DNA of 61,317 bases from an uncultured virus (IMG/VR IMGVR_UViG_3300024518_006364) (IMGVR_UViG_3300024518_006364); one strand, 5' to 3'. Shown: positions 7,850-15,631, counted from the stretch's first letter. Numbers and translations: made by a program. Notes: generated by a model not told the origin, from the letters alone.

Positions 7850-7917
7850 CTCAGCATGCGTAGAGCACTCGGTTCGGGACCGAGAGGCCGCTGGTTCGAA
7901 TCCAGTTACCCCGACCA
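7840..7917 (+). tRNA. tRNA-Pro (CGG)
   Basis: Cloverleaf, TTCGGGA loop, ACCA. Confidence 0.92.
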
Positions 7918-7927
7918 CCTTCCGTGC

Positions 7928-8002
7928 GGAGGTATGGCCAAGTTGGTAAGGCTCGGGCCTTTGGAGCCCGGATCCCAGGTTCGAGCCCTGGTGCCTCTGC
8001 CA
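7928..8002 (+). tRNA. tRNA-Gln (TTG)
   Basis: Cloverleaf, CTTTGGA loop, GCCA. Confidence 0.9.
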
Positions 8003-8113
8003 AGACTTTCAATTGTTGACTGGTTGGAAGTCTTTTGTAAGGTCATAGAGGAAGTAGCCAAGTGCCTGCCTCTTTGCTCCAACTGTCATAAGAAACTTCA
8101 TTACCGGACGTAG
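8003..8113 (+). pseudogene. C-terminal remnant of an HNH endonuclease
   Basis: EEVAKCLPLCSNCHKKLH motif with no plausible N-terminus between two tRNAs. Confidence 0.6.
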
Positions 8114-8179
8114 CTCAGATGGTAGAGCGTTAGCCTTCCAAGCTAATGGTCGCGAGTTCGATCCTCGTCGTCCGGTCCA
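8104..8179 (+). tRNA. tRNA-Gly (TCC)
   Basis: Cloverleaf, CTTCCAA loop, TCCA. Confidence 0.92.
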
Positions 8180-8214
8180 AATGCTACAATGTGAACAGAA
8201 ACAGGGGAGGGAAC

Positions 8215-8613
8215 ATGAACGTTTTTTTAGATGACCAGCTGGGTTGTCCGGAAGACCACCCCAACGGGAAGTGGCGCTCACGCCTGATCGGGGGGATCAA
8301 TGATGACCCGATGCTCGAGTGGGAAGTAGTCAGGACCGTCGAAGACTGCATCACGCTCTTGGAGCTCGGCGGCGTTGAGATTCTATCGCTGGACTACGAC
8401 CTCCAGTGGACAGACCAAGAGCATACGGGGAGAGATGTCCTGCGGTGGCTCTACAAGAAGGTCACCGAGGAGCTCAACACCGACGTCGTGCCCAAGAAGA
8501 TCCACATTCACTCGGGGCATCCCAAGGGGTCGTACAAGATGATGGTCGACGTAGGTACGATCGAGAGGCGCGTCCACGCCCTCAAGGTGCAACGTGAACG
8601 AGAGGGAGCGTAG
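8215..8613 (+). CDS. Cyclic-phosphate-processing receiver domain protein (cREC-like)
   Basis: VFLDD...WEVVRT...LSLDYDL...TGRDVLRWL...IHIHSGHP pattern; GGGAGG RBS. Confidence 0.75.
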   Translation: MNVFLDDQLGCPEDHPNGKWRSRLIGGINDDPMLEWEVVRTVEDCITLLELGGVEILSLDYDLQWTDQEHTGRDVLRWLYKKVTEELNTDVVPKKIHIHSGHPKGSYKMMVDVGTIERRVHALKVQREREGA

Positions 8614-8679
8614 CTGAGACGGCTCAAGCGCGGGCCTGCAAAGCCTGAGACGTCGGTTCGATTCCGTCCGCTCCCTCCA
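8604..8679 (+). tRNA. tRNA-Cys (GCA)
   Basis: Cloverleaf, CTGCAAA loop, U73-CCA. Confidence 0.9.
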
Positions 8680-8681
8680 GA

Positions 8682-8758
8682 GTGACCGTAGTTCAGCTGG
8701 CTGGAACGCCACGTTGCCAACGTGGAGGCCGCGGGTTCAAATCCCGCCGGTCACTCCA
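8682..8758 (+). tRNA. tRNA-Gly (GCC)
   Basis: Cloverleaf, TTGCCAA loop, TCCA. Confidence 0.92.
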
Positions 8759-8769
8759 ATTCACCACAA

Positions 8770-8844
8770 GCTGGTGTGGCTCAACGGCAGAGCAGCGCCT
8801 TCGTAACGCGCAGGTTGGGGGTTCGATTCCCTCCACCAGCTCCA
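8770..8844 (+). tRNA. tRNA-Thr (CGT)
   Basis: Cloverleaf, TTCGTAA loop, one C:C mismatch in anticodon stem, TCCA. Confidence 0.87.
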
Positions 8845-8851
8845 GATACGC

Positions 8852-8926
8852 AGAGGAGTAGTTCAGCGGTAGAACGGCTGGTTCTGAGCCAGTTGGTCGG
8901 GGGTTCGAAACCCTCCTCCTCTTCCA
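8852..8926 (+). tRNA. tRNA-Gln (CTG)
   Basis: Cloverleaf, TTCTGAG loop, U discriminator, CCA. Confidence 0.85.
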
Positions 8927-8929
8927 CAC

Positions 8930-9015
8930 GGATGGTTGGTCGAATGGCTTATGACGCTGGTCTTGAAAACCAGTGGGCTTTTGCCCTGGGGGTTCGAATC
9001 CCTCACCATCCGCCA
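8930..9015 (+). tRNA. tRNA-Ser (TGA)
   Basis: Long variable arm, CTTGAAA loop, GCCA. Confidence 0.92.
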
Positions 9016-9016
9016 C

Positions 9017-9102
9017 GGAAGGTGAACCTGACGTTGGGTTGGGGTCCGGTTGCTAGCCGTGACGTGCGTGAGCATGGGGATCGAGTCCTCCGCCTTCCGC
9101 CA
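9017..9102 (+). tRNA. tRNA-Ser (GCT), atypical D and T arms
   Basis: GGAAGGT/GCCTTCC acceptor, TTGCTAG loop, variable arm, GATCGAGT T loop, GCCA. Confidence 0.7.
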
Positions 9103-9111
9103 AATACATGT

Positions 9112-9188
9112 GGCTCCGTAGCTCAGTTCGGTAGAGCGGGCCCCTGATAAGGGTCAGGTCGTTGGTTCAATTCCAATCGGAGTCACCA
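9112..9188 (+). tRNA. tRNA-Ile (GAT)
   Basis: Cloverleaf, CTGATAA loop, ACCA. Confidence 0.93.
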
Positions 9189-9189
9189 T

Positions 9190-9265
9190 CCTGGAGTCGC
9201 CTAGTGGTCTAAGGCGCGGGGTTGTGGACCCCGTATCACTGGTTCAAATCCAGTCTTCAGGTCCA
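9190..9265 (+). tRNA. tRNA-His (GTG), lacking G-1 and C73
   Basis: Cloverleaf, TTGTGGA loop; -1 base T, discriminator T. Confidence 0.85.
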
Positions 9266-9266
9266 T

Positions 9267-9343
9267 GGCTGGGTAGCTCAGCTCGGTAGAGCGAGGGACT
9301 GAAAATCCCTGCGTCGGCGGTTCAAATCCGTTCCTAGCCACCA
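9267..9343 (+). tRNA. tRNA-Phe (GAA)
   Basis: Cloverleaf, CTGAAAA loop, ACCA. Confidence 0.93.
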
Positions 9344-9347
9344 CACG

Positions 9348-9443
9348 CCTGTACGGAGGAGCATCCCAGTTCCGCGCGGCTACGGGTTGCTCCTTGGTTT
9401 GGAGACGTCGTTGGCCGTCCGGCGTCACAGGACAAGACGGCCA
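9348..9443 (+). ncRNA. Candidate three-way-junction pseudoknot RNA
   Basis: P1 9348-9352/9427-9431, P2 9357-9363/9388-9394, P3 9404-9410/9420-9426, loop 9412-9419 pairs with 9436-9443. Confidence 0.55.
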
Positions 9444-9448
9444 CTCAT

Positions 9449-9539
9449 GGGTCGGTAAAACGTAGCGGCGAACGCCCCAGGCTGTAAACCTGGTCTCTAT
9501 CGAGTAACACCGTAGGTTCGAGTCCTACCCGGCCCACCA
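9449..9539 (+). tRNA. tRNA-Tyr (GTA)
   Basis: CTGTAAA loop, long variable arm, ACCA; unusual D arm. Confidence 0.85.
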
Positions 9540-9591
9540 TCGTAAATTGACCACTCGAAAGTGGTAGAAGATATTGTTCGAATGTTTGCTT

Positions 9592-9654
9592 TGGCTACGC
9601 GAAGTGAAGGGTTCATCTTGTAAATGACTCCCCTTTGCACAAACATCGTGGCCA
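9592..9654 (+). ncRNA. Y RNA-like 6, minimal (close paralog of 6522-6584)
   Basis: TGGCTACG/CGTGGCCA stem; GAAGGGTTCATC...ATGACTCCCCTTTGC shared with copy 2. Confidence 0.72.
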
Positions 9655-9661
9655 TCTTTTG

Positions 9662-9824
9662 TGGGATACGCGAGGCACTAGCATTCATCAATGAGGACGG
9701 CCGCAGAGCGGTACAGGGGCGCGCGGGAGCCTGTCAACGAGAATCCCAAGGGCGAGGCACCACCGGAACGGTCCCGACCTGATCAGACGTAAACTGGTCT
9801 AGCTAGGCCATACATCGTATCTCA
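9662..9824 (+). ncRNA. Y RNA-like 7 with non-tRNA ~110-nt internal domain
   Basis: TGGGATACG/CGTATCTCA stem, CTAGC/GCTAG second helix, TTCATC and CATCG motifs; directly upstream of Ro60. Confidence 0.72.
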
Positions 9825-9830
9825 GTTCCT

Positions 9831-9872
9831 GGGGCCCCGTAGCGCAATGAGGCGTTGCGGGGCCTCCTTTTT
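9831..9872 (+). terminator. Rho-independent terminator after the RNA cluster
   Basis: GGCCCCGTAGCGC/GCGTTGCGGGGCC hairpin followed by T run. Confidence 0.6.
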
Positions 9873-9907
9873 CTCATCGTCCAACGACCCACTGAAGGGA
9901 GGGCATC

Positions 9908-11611
9908 ATGGACGCGAAGAAGCGAGGAGTTCTCCAGGGCGTGCAGAGCGCGACCCATCAGCAGAAGCGGCAGTCCCGAGCGGGGCAGCTCTTCGGCTCG
10001 ACCCCCACCCCCGACACGAAGAACGCGGACAGGTTCCCCGCGTTCTCTCACGGGCTCCGGCGTGAGCTGGCCAAGATGGCGCTCACGGGGCTCGTGCAGA
10101 ACCGGTACTACTCAACGGCCAAGGAGCAGGCTGCTGAGATGGTACACCTGTGCGTCCAGGGCGCGAAGGAACACCCCGAGTTCGCGCTCCGCTGCGCGGT
10201 TGCCGCTCGCAACCAGAACATGAAGCTGAGCCCGGTCATGCTTCTGGCCGCGGTCGAGGCCTACTCCCCGGACACCGCGAAGCGGTACGACGAGGCCATC
10301 CTCAAGGTGCTCGGCACCTTCCACGCCAGAGGCCTGCTCGAGTTCGCCGAGATCTTTCGGAACAAGGTCTTCGGCAAGGGCCTGGGGTCGCGACAGCAGC
10401 GTCTCCTGCGCACGGTGATCGAGCGCACTTCGGACGCCCGGTTCGAGGAGTGGACGCTCAAGTACCGTGACACGGTGCGCATCCTTGGCATGCTGGTGCA
10501 CGCACAGGCCGACCGGCCCGCGTGGAACTACTGCATGAAGGGAACGGGCAAGGGTGCGCCCGTGACTCCGAAGCAGGTCGCAGCCAAGGCCCTCCAGAGC
10601 ATCACGAACCCGCGCCAGTTCGCCGAGAAGCTGGTCGAGTCCGGCGTGCCCTGGGACGCTGTGAAGGCGTTCGTGCCCAAGGATCCGGTGGCCTGGGCGG
10701 CGATCATGATGAATTCAGGACCCATGGCGGTCCTGTTGAATTCCCGGTCGTACGCCGAGCATCGGGTGTTCGAGGCCCGTGAGGCCCGCGACTGGTACCG
10801 CGACTGGGCGCTCAACAAGATCCCGACTTCGCGGATGTTGCCCATCGACGTGATCAAGGCCTACGAGCACGTCGGGAACGCGGACGTCCAGGCCTACCTG
10901 ATGGACGGACTGGCGGAGCAGCTGAAGGCCATCGCCAACGGCCCGAAGCTCCCGCTCAAGACGGCCATCCTGATGGACATCTCGAGATCGATGAAGGGCA
11001 AGGAGATCCGGCAGCAGGGCGTGATGGCGGCGACGCTGTCCCTGAAGACCGATCCGGTCTTCGTCGCGGCGTTTAACCGGGGGCTCTTCGTCGATGGCTC
11101 TTCCACCAACTGGGGGAAGGACCGTGGCCCGGCAGTGGACATGTGGCCCGGATACGGTCCTGACCGTGGACGTTGTCCGCGCGTGCAGGGCCGAACGGAT
11201 TTCTCGGAGCTGCTCCGAGACCTGGTCGAGATGCAGCCGACGGGAGGGACCGACACCGGGATCGGTATCCGGTATCTGCACCAGAACCGGATCGAGACCG
11301 ACCTGATCCTGTTGCTGACCGACGAGCAGCAGAACTACAGCGGCGGCCCCACCGATCGTCACACCTTGGCGTACCACGACTTCAAGGCCTACCGGGAGTC
11401 CGATGCGGGACGCAACGCCCATCTGTCAGTGATCAACGTGGCCGGGGAGAAGTGGCACAACTTCCCCGATCCGGATCGTGACCCGAACATCTCGGTGTTC
11501 TGCTCGATCCACCCCTCCGTGCTCCAGCTCGCCGAGAGCCTCACAGGCGACCCGGTCGCCGGGATCGAGGCCATCTCGCTCGACGTCGAAGTCGTAGAGC
11601 GCGCGGGCTAA
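9908..11611 (+). CDS. rsr: Ro60/Rsr (TROVE + vWA) RNA-binding protein
   Basis: Helical TROVE-like region (LTG..NRYYST, FAL..A..AR...MK, SRMLPID...AY) plus vWA MIDAS DISRSM, GGTD, LLTDEQ; adjacent Y RNAs. Confidence 0.85.
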   Translation: MDAKKRGVLQGVQSATHQQKRQSRAGQLFGSTPTPDTKNADRFPAFSHGLRRELAKMALTGLVQNRYYSTAKEQAAEMVHLCVQGAKEHPEFALRCAVAARNQNMKLSPVMLLAAVEAYSPDTAKRYDEAILKVLGTFHARGLLEFAEIFRNKVFGKGLGSRQQRLLRTVIERTSDARFEEWTLKYRDTVRILGMLVHAQADRPAWNYCMKGTGKGAPVTPKQVAAKALQSITNPRQFAEKLVESGVPWDAVKAFVPKDPVAWAAIMMNSGPMAVLLNSRSYAEHRVFEAREARDWYRDWALNKIPTSRMLPIDVIKAYEHVGNADVQAYLMDGLAEQLKAIANGPKLPLKTAILMDISRSMKGKEIRQQGVMAATLSLKTDPVFVAAFNRGLFVDGSSTNWGKDRGPAVDMWPGYGPDRGRCPRVQGRTDFSELLRDLVEMQPTGGTDTGIGIRYLHQNRIETDLILLLTDEQQNYSGGPTDRHTLAYHDFKAYRESDAGRNAHLSVINVAGEKWHNFPDPDRDPNISVFCSIHPSVLQLAESLTGDPVAGIEAISLDVEVVERAG

Positions 11612-11621
11612 CCTGCCTTCC

Positions 11622-11658
11622 ACCCCCCTGACCGTTCTGGCCAGGGGGGTTTCTTTTT
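11622..11658 (+). terminator. Rho-independent terminator
   Basis: ACCCCCCTG/CAGGGGGGT plus TTCTTTTT. Confidence 0.75.
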
Positions 11659-11685
11659 GCCTCCAGCGATGCGTGCCGGTAGAAT
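11657..11685 (+). promoter_or_regulatory. Sigma70-like promoter
   Basis: TTGCCT-17 nt-TAGAAT. Confidence 0.5.
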
Positions 11686-11701
11686 CGTGAGCGGAGGAGA
11701 C

Positions 11702-12160
11702 ATGCTCAACTTCAGGAAGGTCGGACAGCAGGGTCCCATCGCCAACCTCGGGAAACCTGCGCAGGCGAGACCCGCAACAGCGATCCAGTCTCCGGGGGCG
11801 GCAAAGACTCCGCTGAAGCCCGCAACCACAGGTCCTGCCCCGGCAGCACCGGCCCCCGCTGCGGGGGGCAGCGGTAGCTTTGCTGGGGTGCAGCCGATGA
11901 ACCCCGTTACCCCCACGGCGCCCAATCCATCTCAGACGGTTCAACAGAAGGTGATGGCAAACCGGGCGATGGCCAGCAGTGGCCGTCCGTATCAGCCTCC
12001 GGTTGGGGTAGCCGGTCGCTTGGGACAGACGGGAGGAGCACCCCCCGCGACCGCCCAGTCCGCAGCGGGGATGAATGCAGGAGGCATTGAGCAGACACCC
12101 GCACGGGCGAACATCCCAGCCTCGAACGAAACGGCCGCCCCCGCGAAGAGAGGCGCATGA
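11702..12160 (+). CDS. Low-complexity Pro/Ala-rich protein with N-terminal MLNFRKVG tag (putative head cargo)
   Basis: GGAGGAG RBS; tag shared with other ORFs. Confidence 0.7.
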   Translation: MLNFRKVGQQGPIANLGKPAQARPATAIQSPGAAKTPLKPATTGPAPAAPAPAAGGSGSFAGVQPMNPVTPTAPNPSQTVQQKVMANRAMASSGRPYQPPVGVAGRLGQTGGAPPATAQSAAGMNAGGIEQTPARANIPASNETAAPAKRGA

Positions 12161-12615
12161 GCTTGGACTTCACCAAGGTCGGAGCCCCTCTGCGAAACGC
12201 CGGGCCGCTGTCCAAGGCGCGCGCCAAGAAGCCGCGGAAGAACCTGAAGAAAGAACCGCCCGAGAAGGGCGACACCAAGATGCACATGTTGTCGCAGCGC
12301 ATCCAGGGGCGCCACAACTTCAACAAGGTGGCCGCCCCCATTCCGATGCTCATGCGCGCAGGAAAGTGGCTCACGGGATTGGTCAAACACACCCGGAACC
12401 CGGCGGGCAAGACTCTCCGTGAGGGCTTCTTCTCCTCCCCCGGGCGAGCATTCCTGGGAACGCAGGCATCTCGTGCGGCGCCCATGTCGTCAAGGATGCG
12501 GAAGGGGATCGGGCTGACCACCGCCCCGGTCTCGATAGGCATCTCCTCGATGTTCTACCCCTGGTTCAAACCTTCGTCGCGCACCAACCTGATGCAACCG
12601 ATGCCCCAGTTCTAA
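12157..12615 (+). CDS. Basic protein with MSLDFTKVG tag (putative head cargo)
   Basis: ATGA overlap with upstream gene; internal FNKVA. Confidence 0.7.
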   Translation: MSLDFTKVGAPLRNAGPLSKARAKKPRKNLKKEPPEKGDTKMHMLSQRIQGRHNFNKVAAPIPMLMRAGKWLTGLVKHTRNPAGKTLREGFFSSPGRAFLGTQASRAAPMSSRMRKGIGLTTAPVSIGISSMFYPWFKPSSRTNLMQPMPQF

Positions 12616-12655
12616 ACAACGCTTCCTCCCTGGTAAAAGAGCCGGAGGAGGTGCT

Positions 12656-13069
12656 ATGTCGTTTTCCAGTTACATCCGTGACTACTTCAGAACCATGCGA
12701 GAAGAGGTGACAGAGGAAGAACTAGACGAGTACGTAGAAGAAGGTCGAGTCCGTGACATGGGAATCGTAGAAGGTTGCCAGATGTACGTGGTGACCAACA
12801 GAGCCTTGAGGCGGCGGTGGTTTGGCAGGGTGCGCACGTGGGCCGTAGCGTTCCAGATCGATGACTGCATTCTTTTTCGAGACTTCAACTCCTACCGGAA
12901 CGCGGGTATCCGAGCACATGAAGCCCATCACATTCGACAGAGGAATCGGTACGGAGATTTCTGGTTCCCGGTTCTATACGGATTAGGGCAGGTAGGTTGC
13001 TACTACCTCAACCCAATGGAAGTCACAGCCAACATTGCGGGATGGAGGGCGAAGAGGTCTACTCGGTGA
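12656..13069 (+). CDS. Zincin-like metallopeptidase (HExxH)
   Basis: RAHEAHHIRQ...YYLNPMEVTA; GGAGGAGG RBS. Confidence 0.65.
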   Translation: MSFSSYIRDYFRTMREEVTEEELDEYVEEGRVRDMGIVEGCQMYVVTNRALRRRWFGRVRTWAVAFQIDDCILFRDFNSYRNAGIRAHEAHHIRQRNRYGDFWFPVLYGLGQVGCYYLNPMEVTANIAGWRAKRSTR

Positions 13070-14684
13070 ATCCCGGAACTCCGAGACCTTCGAGTCCCTT
13101 TTCGTACCAGGCCTTTTCGCGCCCGGCGCCAAGGAGCTTTGCCAGCCCGTAGGCACTGATGCCCCCGAGACCTGCAAGACCGGCTTTGAGAGGAAGGGTG
13201 CGGGACAGGGCGCCGCGGAGGGACCCCGGATAGGTTCGAGGCCGGTTCACGCCAAAGAGTCCCCGGAAGAGTCCGGTCCGAAGGTGCGGGAACTTTTTCA
13301 GAGCCAGATCCTCGGCCGCCTCACGGCTCAGGCCGGAGGCCACGTTCTTCCTTCCCAGATACTTGAGGAGCTGTTCGTGGCCTTTTTGTGCTGCCAGGTA
13401 GGCACCGATGCCTCCTGCCGTCTCGACGGGATGTTCTTTCAGGCCATAGTAGGCAGCTCCCCCTGCGCCCAGCGCCCCGGCGGCCTGGAGGGGCAACGTG
13501 CGACGAAGCCATTTTTTCTGGATGGCTTGTTCAGTTGCACTCGGAGCCAACTTTCCTCCGGGCTCGAGGCGTTCGGAGAGTTGCATCAGGACATTTGAAG
13601 TTGAGGGGAATGCTTTCTCGGACAGCCCGGAGATGTGTCCCCATCCACGTCGAGGGAGATCTCTCTCAAGCATCCGTTTGTGCATGCTCTCAGCAGTGTC
13701 TAGTAGTTCGGGCCCCGCCAGAGCACCTGCGCCGACGGCGCCAAGAAGTGCTGGATCCTCTGTCCCTGCGTAGAGACCTCCCGCAAGTCCGGCACCGAGA
13801 GCCCCGCGCAGGCCCAGGCCCGATAGACGCAGCCCCCGTTGGGAGAAGAAAGGGCTTCCTCCGATGCGCGCAGCAACAGGTTCGAAATGTTGGGAGCGTA
13901 GGTAGTCAGGGGAACCGAGGTACTTGGCGGGCTTGCCCTTAACGACTTCCTTGATTCCCGCTCGCTCCATGGCTTGGCCCGGCAACGTGGAGCACACTTC
14001 TCCCTTGCAGATCTGGTTGCCAAAAATCTTGACGTCCCCTGCCGCCCCCTCGATCTTGGGAACGAACAGTTCCGAAAGTCCCGACAGAATCTTGCTGTGG
14101 CCCTTGCCGTAGGGGAGCGTTGACTTCTCGATGATATCTTCGGTCAGACGTTTGACCCCGGCTTTGCCGCCCATCGCTGCGCGGGCTTCAGCTGTGGGAC
14201 GAAGAAGGACCAGGTCACGATACTTGTCGGTGCCGAGGAGCTCTTTCAGATTTGGGAGGTATCCTTCTTGGCGTACCATGCGGGCAAGACGTGCCGGGTC
14301 GGACGGGCGTCCTTTTTCTCCGCGACGAAGGTGGGGCCAGGTTTTTCCGAGATACCCGGCATCCACGAATTTCCCACCACCAACTGCGGAGATCCCGTGG
14401 AACAAGTCGGAGCCGTAGACCGGTGCCTGGAGCGCCTTGTAGAGCGGCAGTCCCTTGGAAGCGGAGAGGAGAACGTCTCCCGTGCGGGCTCTCCGCGACA
14501 GGTCCTTGATCGACATTCGCGGGATGTTGCGATTGAAAAACGGGTCTTTGGTGATGCGTTCTCTTCCTGCGAGGCCAAGGAAGGGGGACCCGGCGAGACC
14601 GGCCATGGCGGCGTTACGAGCAAGATTGCTTTCGTCTTCTTGCCACGGCAGCGTCTGGCCGACCTTTTCGAACTGCAACGTCAC
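13059..14684 (-). CDS. Permuted papain-like (YiiX/YaeF-type) domain plus glycine-zipper C-terminus; MTLQFEKVG tag
   Basis: GDVLL...FHGI...LLRP...LPY...VCSTL...AG order (His before Cys); GxxxG-rich tail. Confidence 0.6.
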   Translation of the reverse strand: MTLQFEKVGQTLPWQEDESNLARNAAMAGLAGSPFLGLAGRERITKDPFFNRNIPRMSIKDLSRRARTGDVLLSASKGLPLYKALQAPVYGSDLFHGISAVGGGKFVDAGYLGKTWPHLRRGEKGRPSDPARLARMVRQEGYLPNLKELLGTDKYRDLVLLRPTAEARAAMGGKAGVKRLTEDIIEKSTLPYGKGHSKILSGLSELFVPKIEGAAGDVKIFGNQICKGEVCSTLPGQAMERAGIKEVVKGKPAKYLGSPDYLRSQHFEPVAARIGGSPFFSQRGLRLSGLGLRGALGAGLAGGLYAGTEDPALLGAVGAGALAGPELLDTAESMHKRMLERDLPRRGWGHISGLSEKAFPSTSNVLMQLSERLEPGGKLAPSATEQAIQKKWLRRTLPLQAAGALGAGGAAYYGLKEHPVETAGGIGAYLAAQKGHEQLLKYLGRKNVASGLSREAAEDLALKKFPHLRTGLFRGLFGVNRPRTYPGSLRGALSRTLPLKAGLAGLGGISAYGLAKLLGAGREKAWYEKGLEGLGVPGFTE

Positions 14685-14754
14685 GCACGCCTCCGCAGGG
14701 ATATTCTACGAGGCGCCCAGAGCCCGGTCAATTACTGCGTAAAACTGGTATAAG

Positions 14755-15310
14755 GTTTTGTCGTGATGCGCGTTTCTTTCTTCGTCTGGTGGGTTCACCG
14801 TCGGTGCGGGGAGCGAGGGGATCGACGCAAACTCCTGTGTCTCCGGGACGCCAGGCAGCGGTCTTTCCAACCGTTTGCGTGGTCCCCGGTAAGCAGGTCG
14901 GGATGGAGGAAACCCGTGAGCGCTTGCGCTGTCTGTGCCGGGAAGCCGGTACTCAAGGGATGGGCACCCATGGCACCCTGCGCCCCCTGGATCCGGAAAA
15001 TCGAGGCATCTTCCCGCTCGGTTGACTGGGGACAGGACTTGGGCTGGCTCTGCCAGTACTGTTGAAGAGCAGACAACCTCCACTCACACCGCATTGCTCC
15101 AGACGCGGGAGTCGGTGTGCGAATGACAGGGTCACGAAAACTCTCCACACGGTGGGCTGGTTAACACTGGACTCGTGCGTGGAAGCGGGAGGGGAAACGG
15201 TTGGGGTGGCACCTGGCACGTCCACTTGATTGGTTTCCTGTCACGACGCGTTGGACTTGATGCCCCTACTAAGAGGGGAAGGGTTCGGGGGAAACTGTGA
15301 TGACAACCCC
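14755..15310 (+). ncRNA. Candidate large structured ncRNA
   Basis: No credible ORF; several mutually compatible long-range helices downstream of TGGTATAAG. Confidence 0.5.
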
Positions 15311-15490
15311 GGCAAGACCCAGAGAAAAAATCCTCACACGAGGTAGGAAAGGATTCGAGGGAAGAGGGAGACGTGGTGAGCTGCACTCCACGGCCCCGAG
15401 CCCGGCCCCGGGCGAAGGACTGTATCTAGTCCTTTCCTTTTGCCTAGAGAGATTCCGGCTGTTATTCTTGGCTCTCAGGAGGGCAATGAT

Positions 15491-15631
15491 ATGCTCGATT
15501 TCACGAAAGTCGGGAAGTGCAAAGGCCCCCCGCACGCCAAGCCGCAAAAGACGAAGAAGCCGGAGAAGCCGGAGAAGATCAAACCTCCAAAGCCGCTCAA
15601 GCAGAAGAAGCAGCTCCAGCAGACCGATTGA
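15491..15631 (+). CDS. Lys/Pro-rich micro-protein with MLDFTKVG tag
   Basis: AGGAGGG RBS; tag near-identical to that of 12157 ORF. Confidence 0.6.
   Translation: MLDFTKVGKCKGPPHAKPQKTKKPEKPEKIKPPKPLKQKKQLQQTD

Noticed and set aside
14755..15310. RNase P RNA, group I or group II intron
   Set aside because: GAGGAAA is not followed by GTCC and has no P4 partner; no domain V or P7 consensus seen; no interrupted gene.
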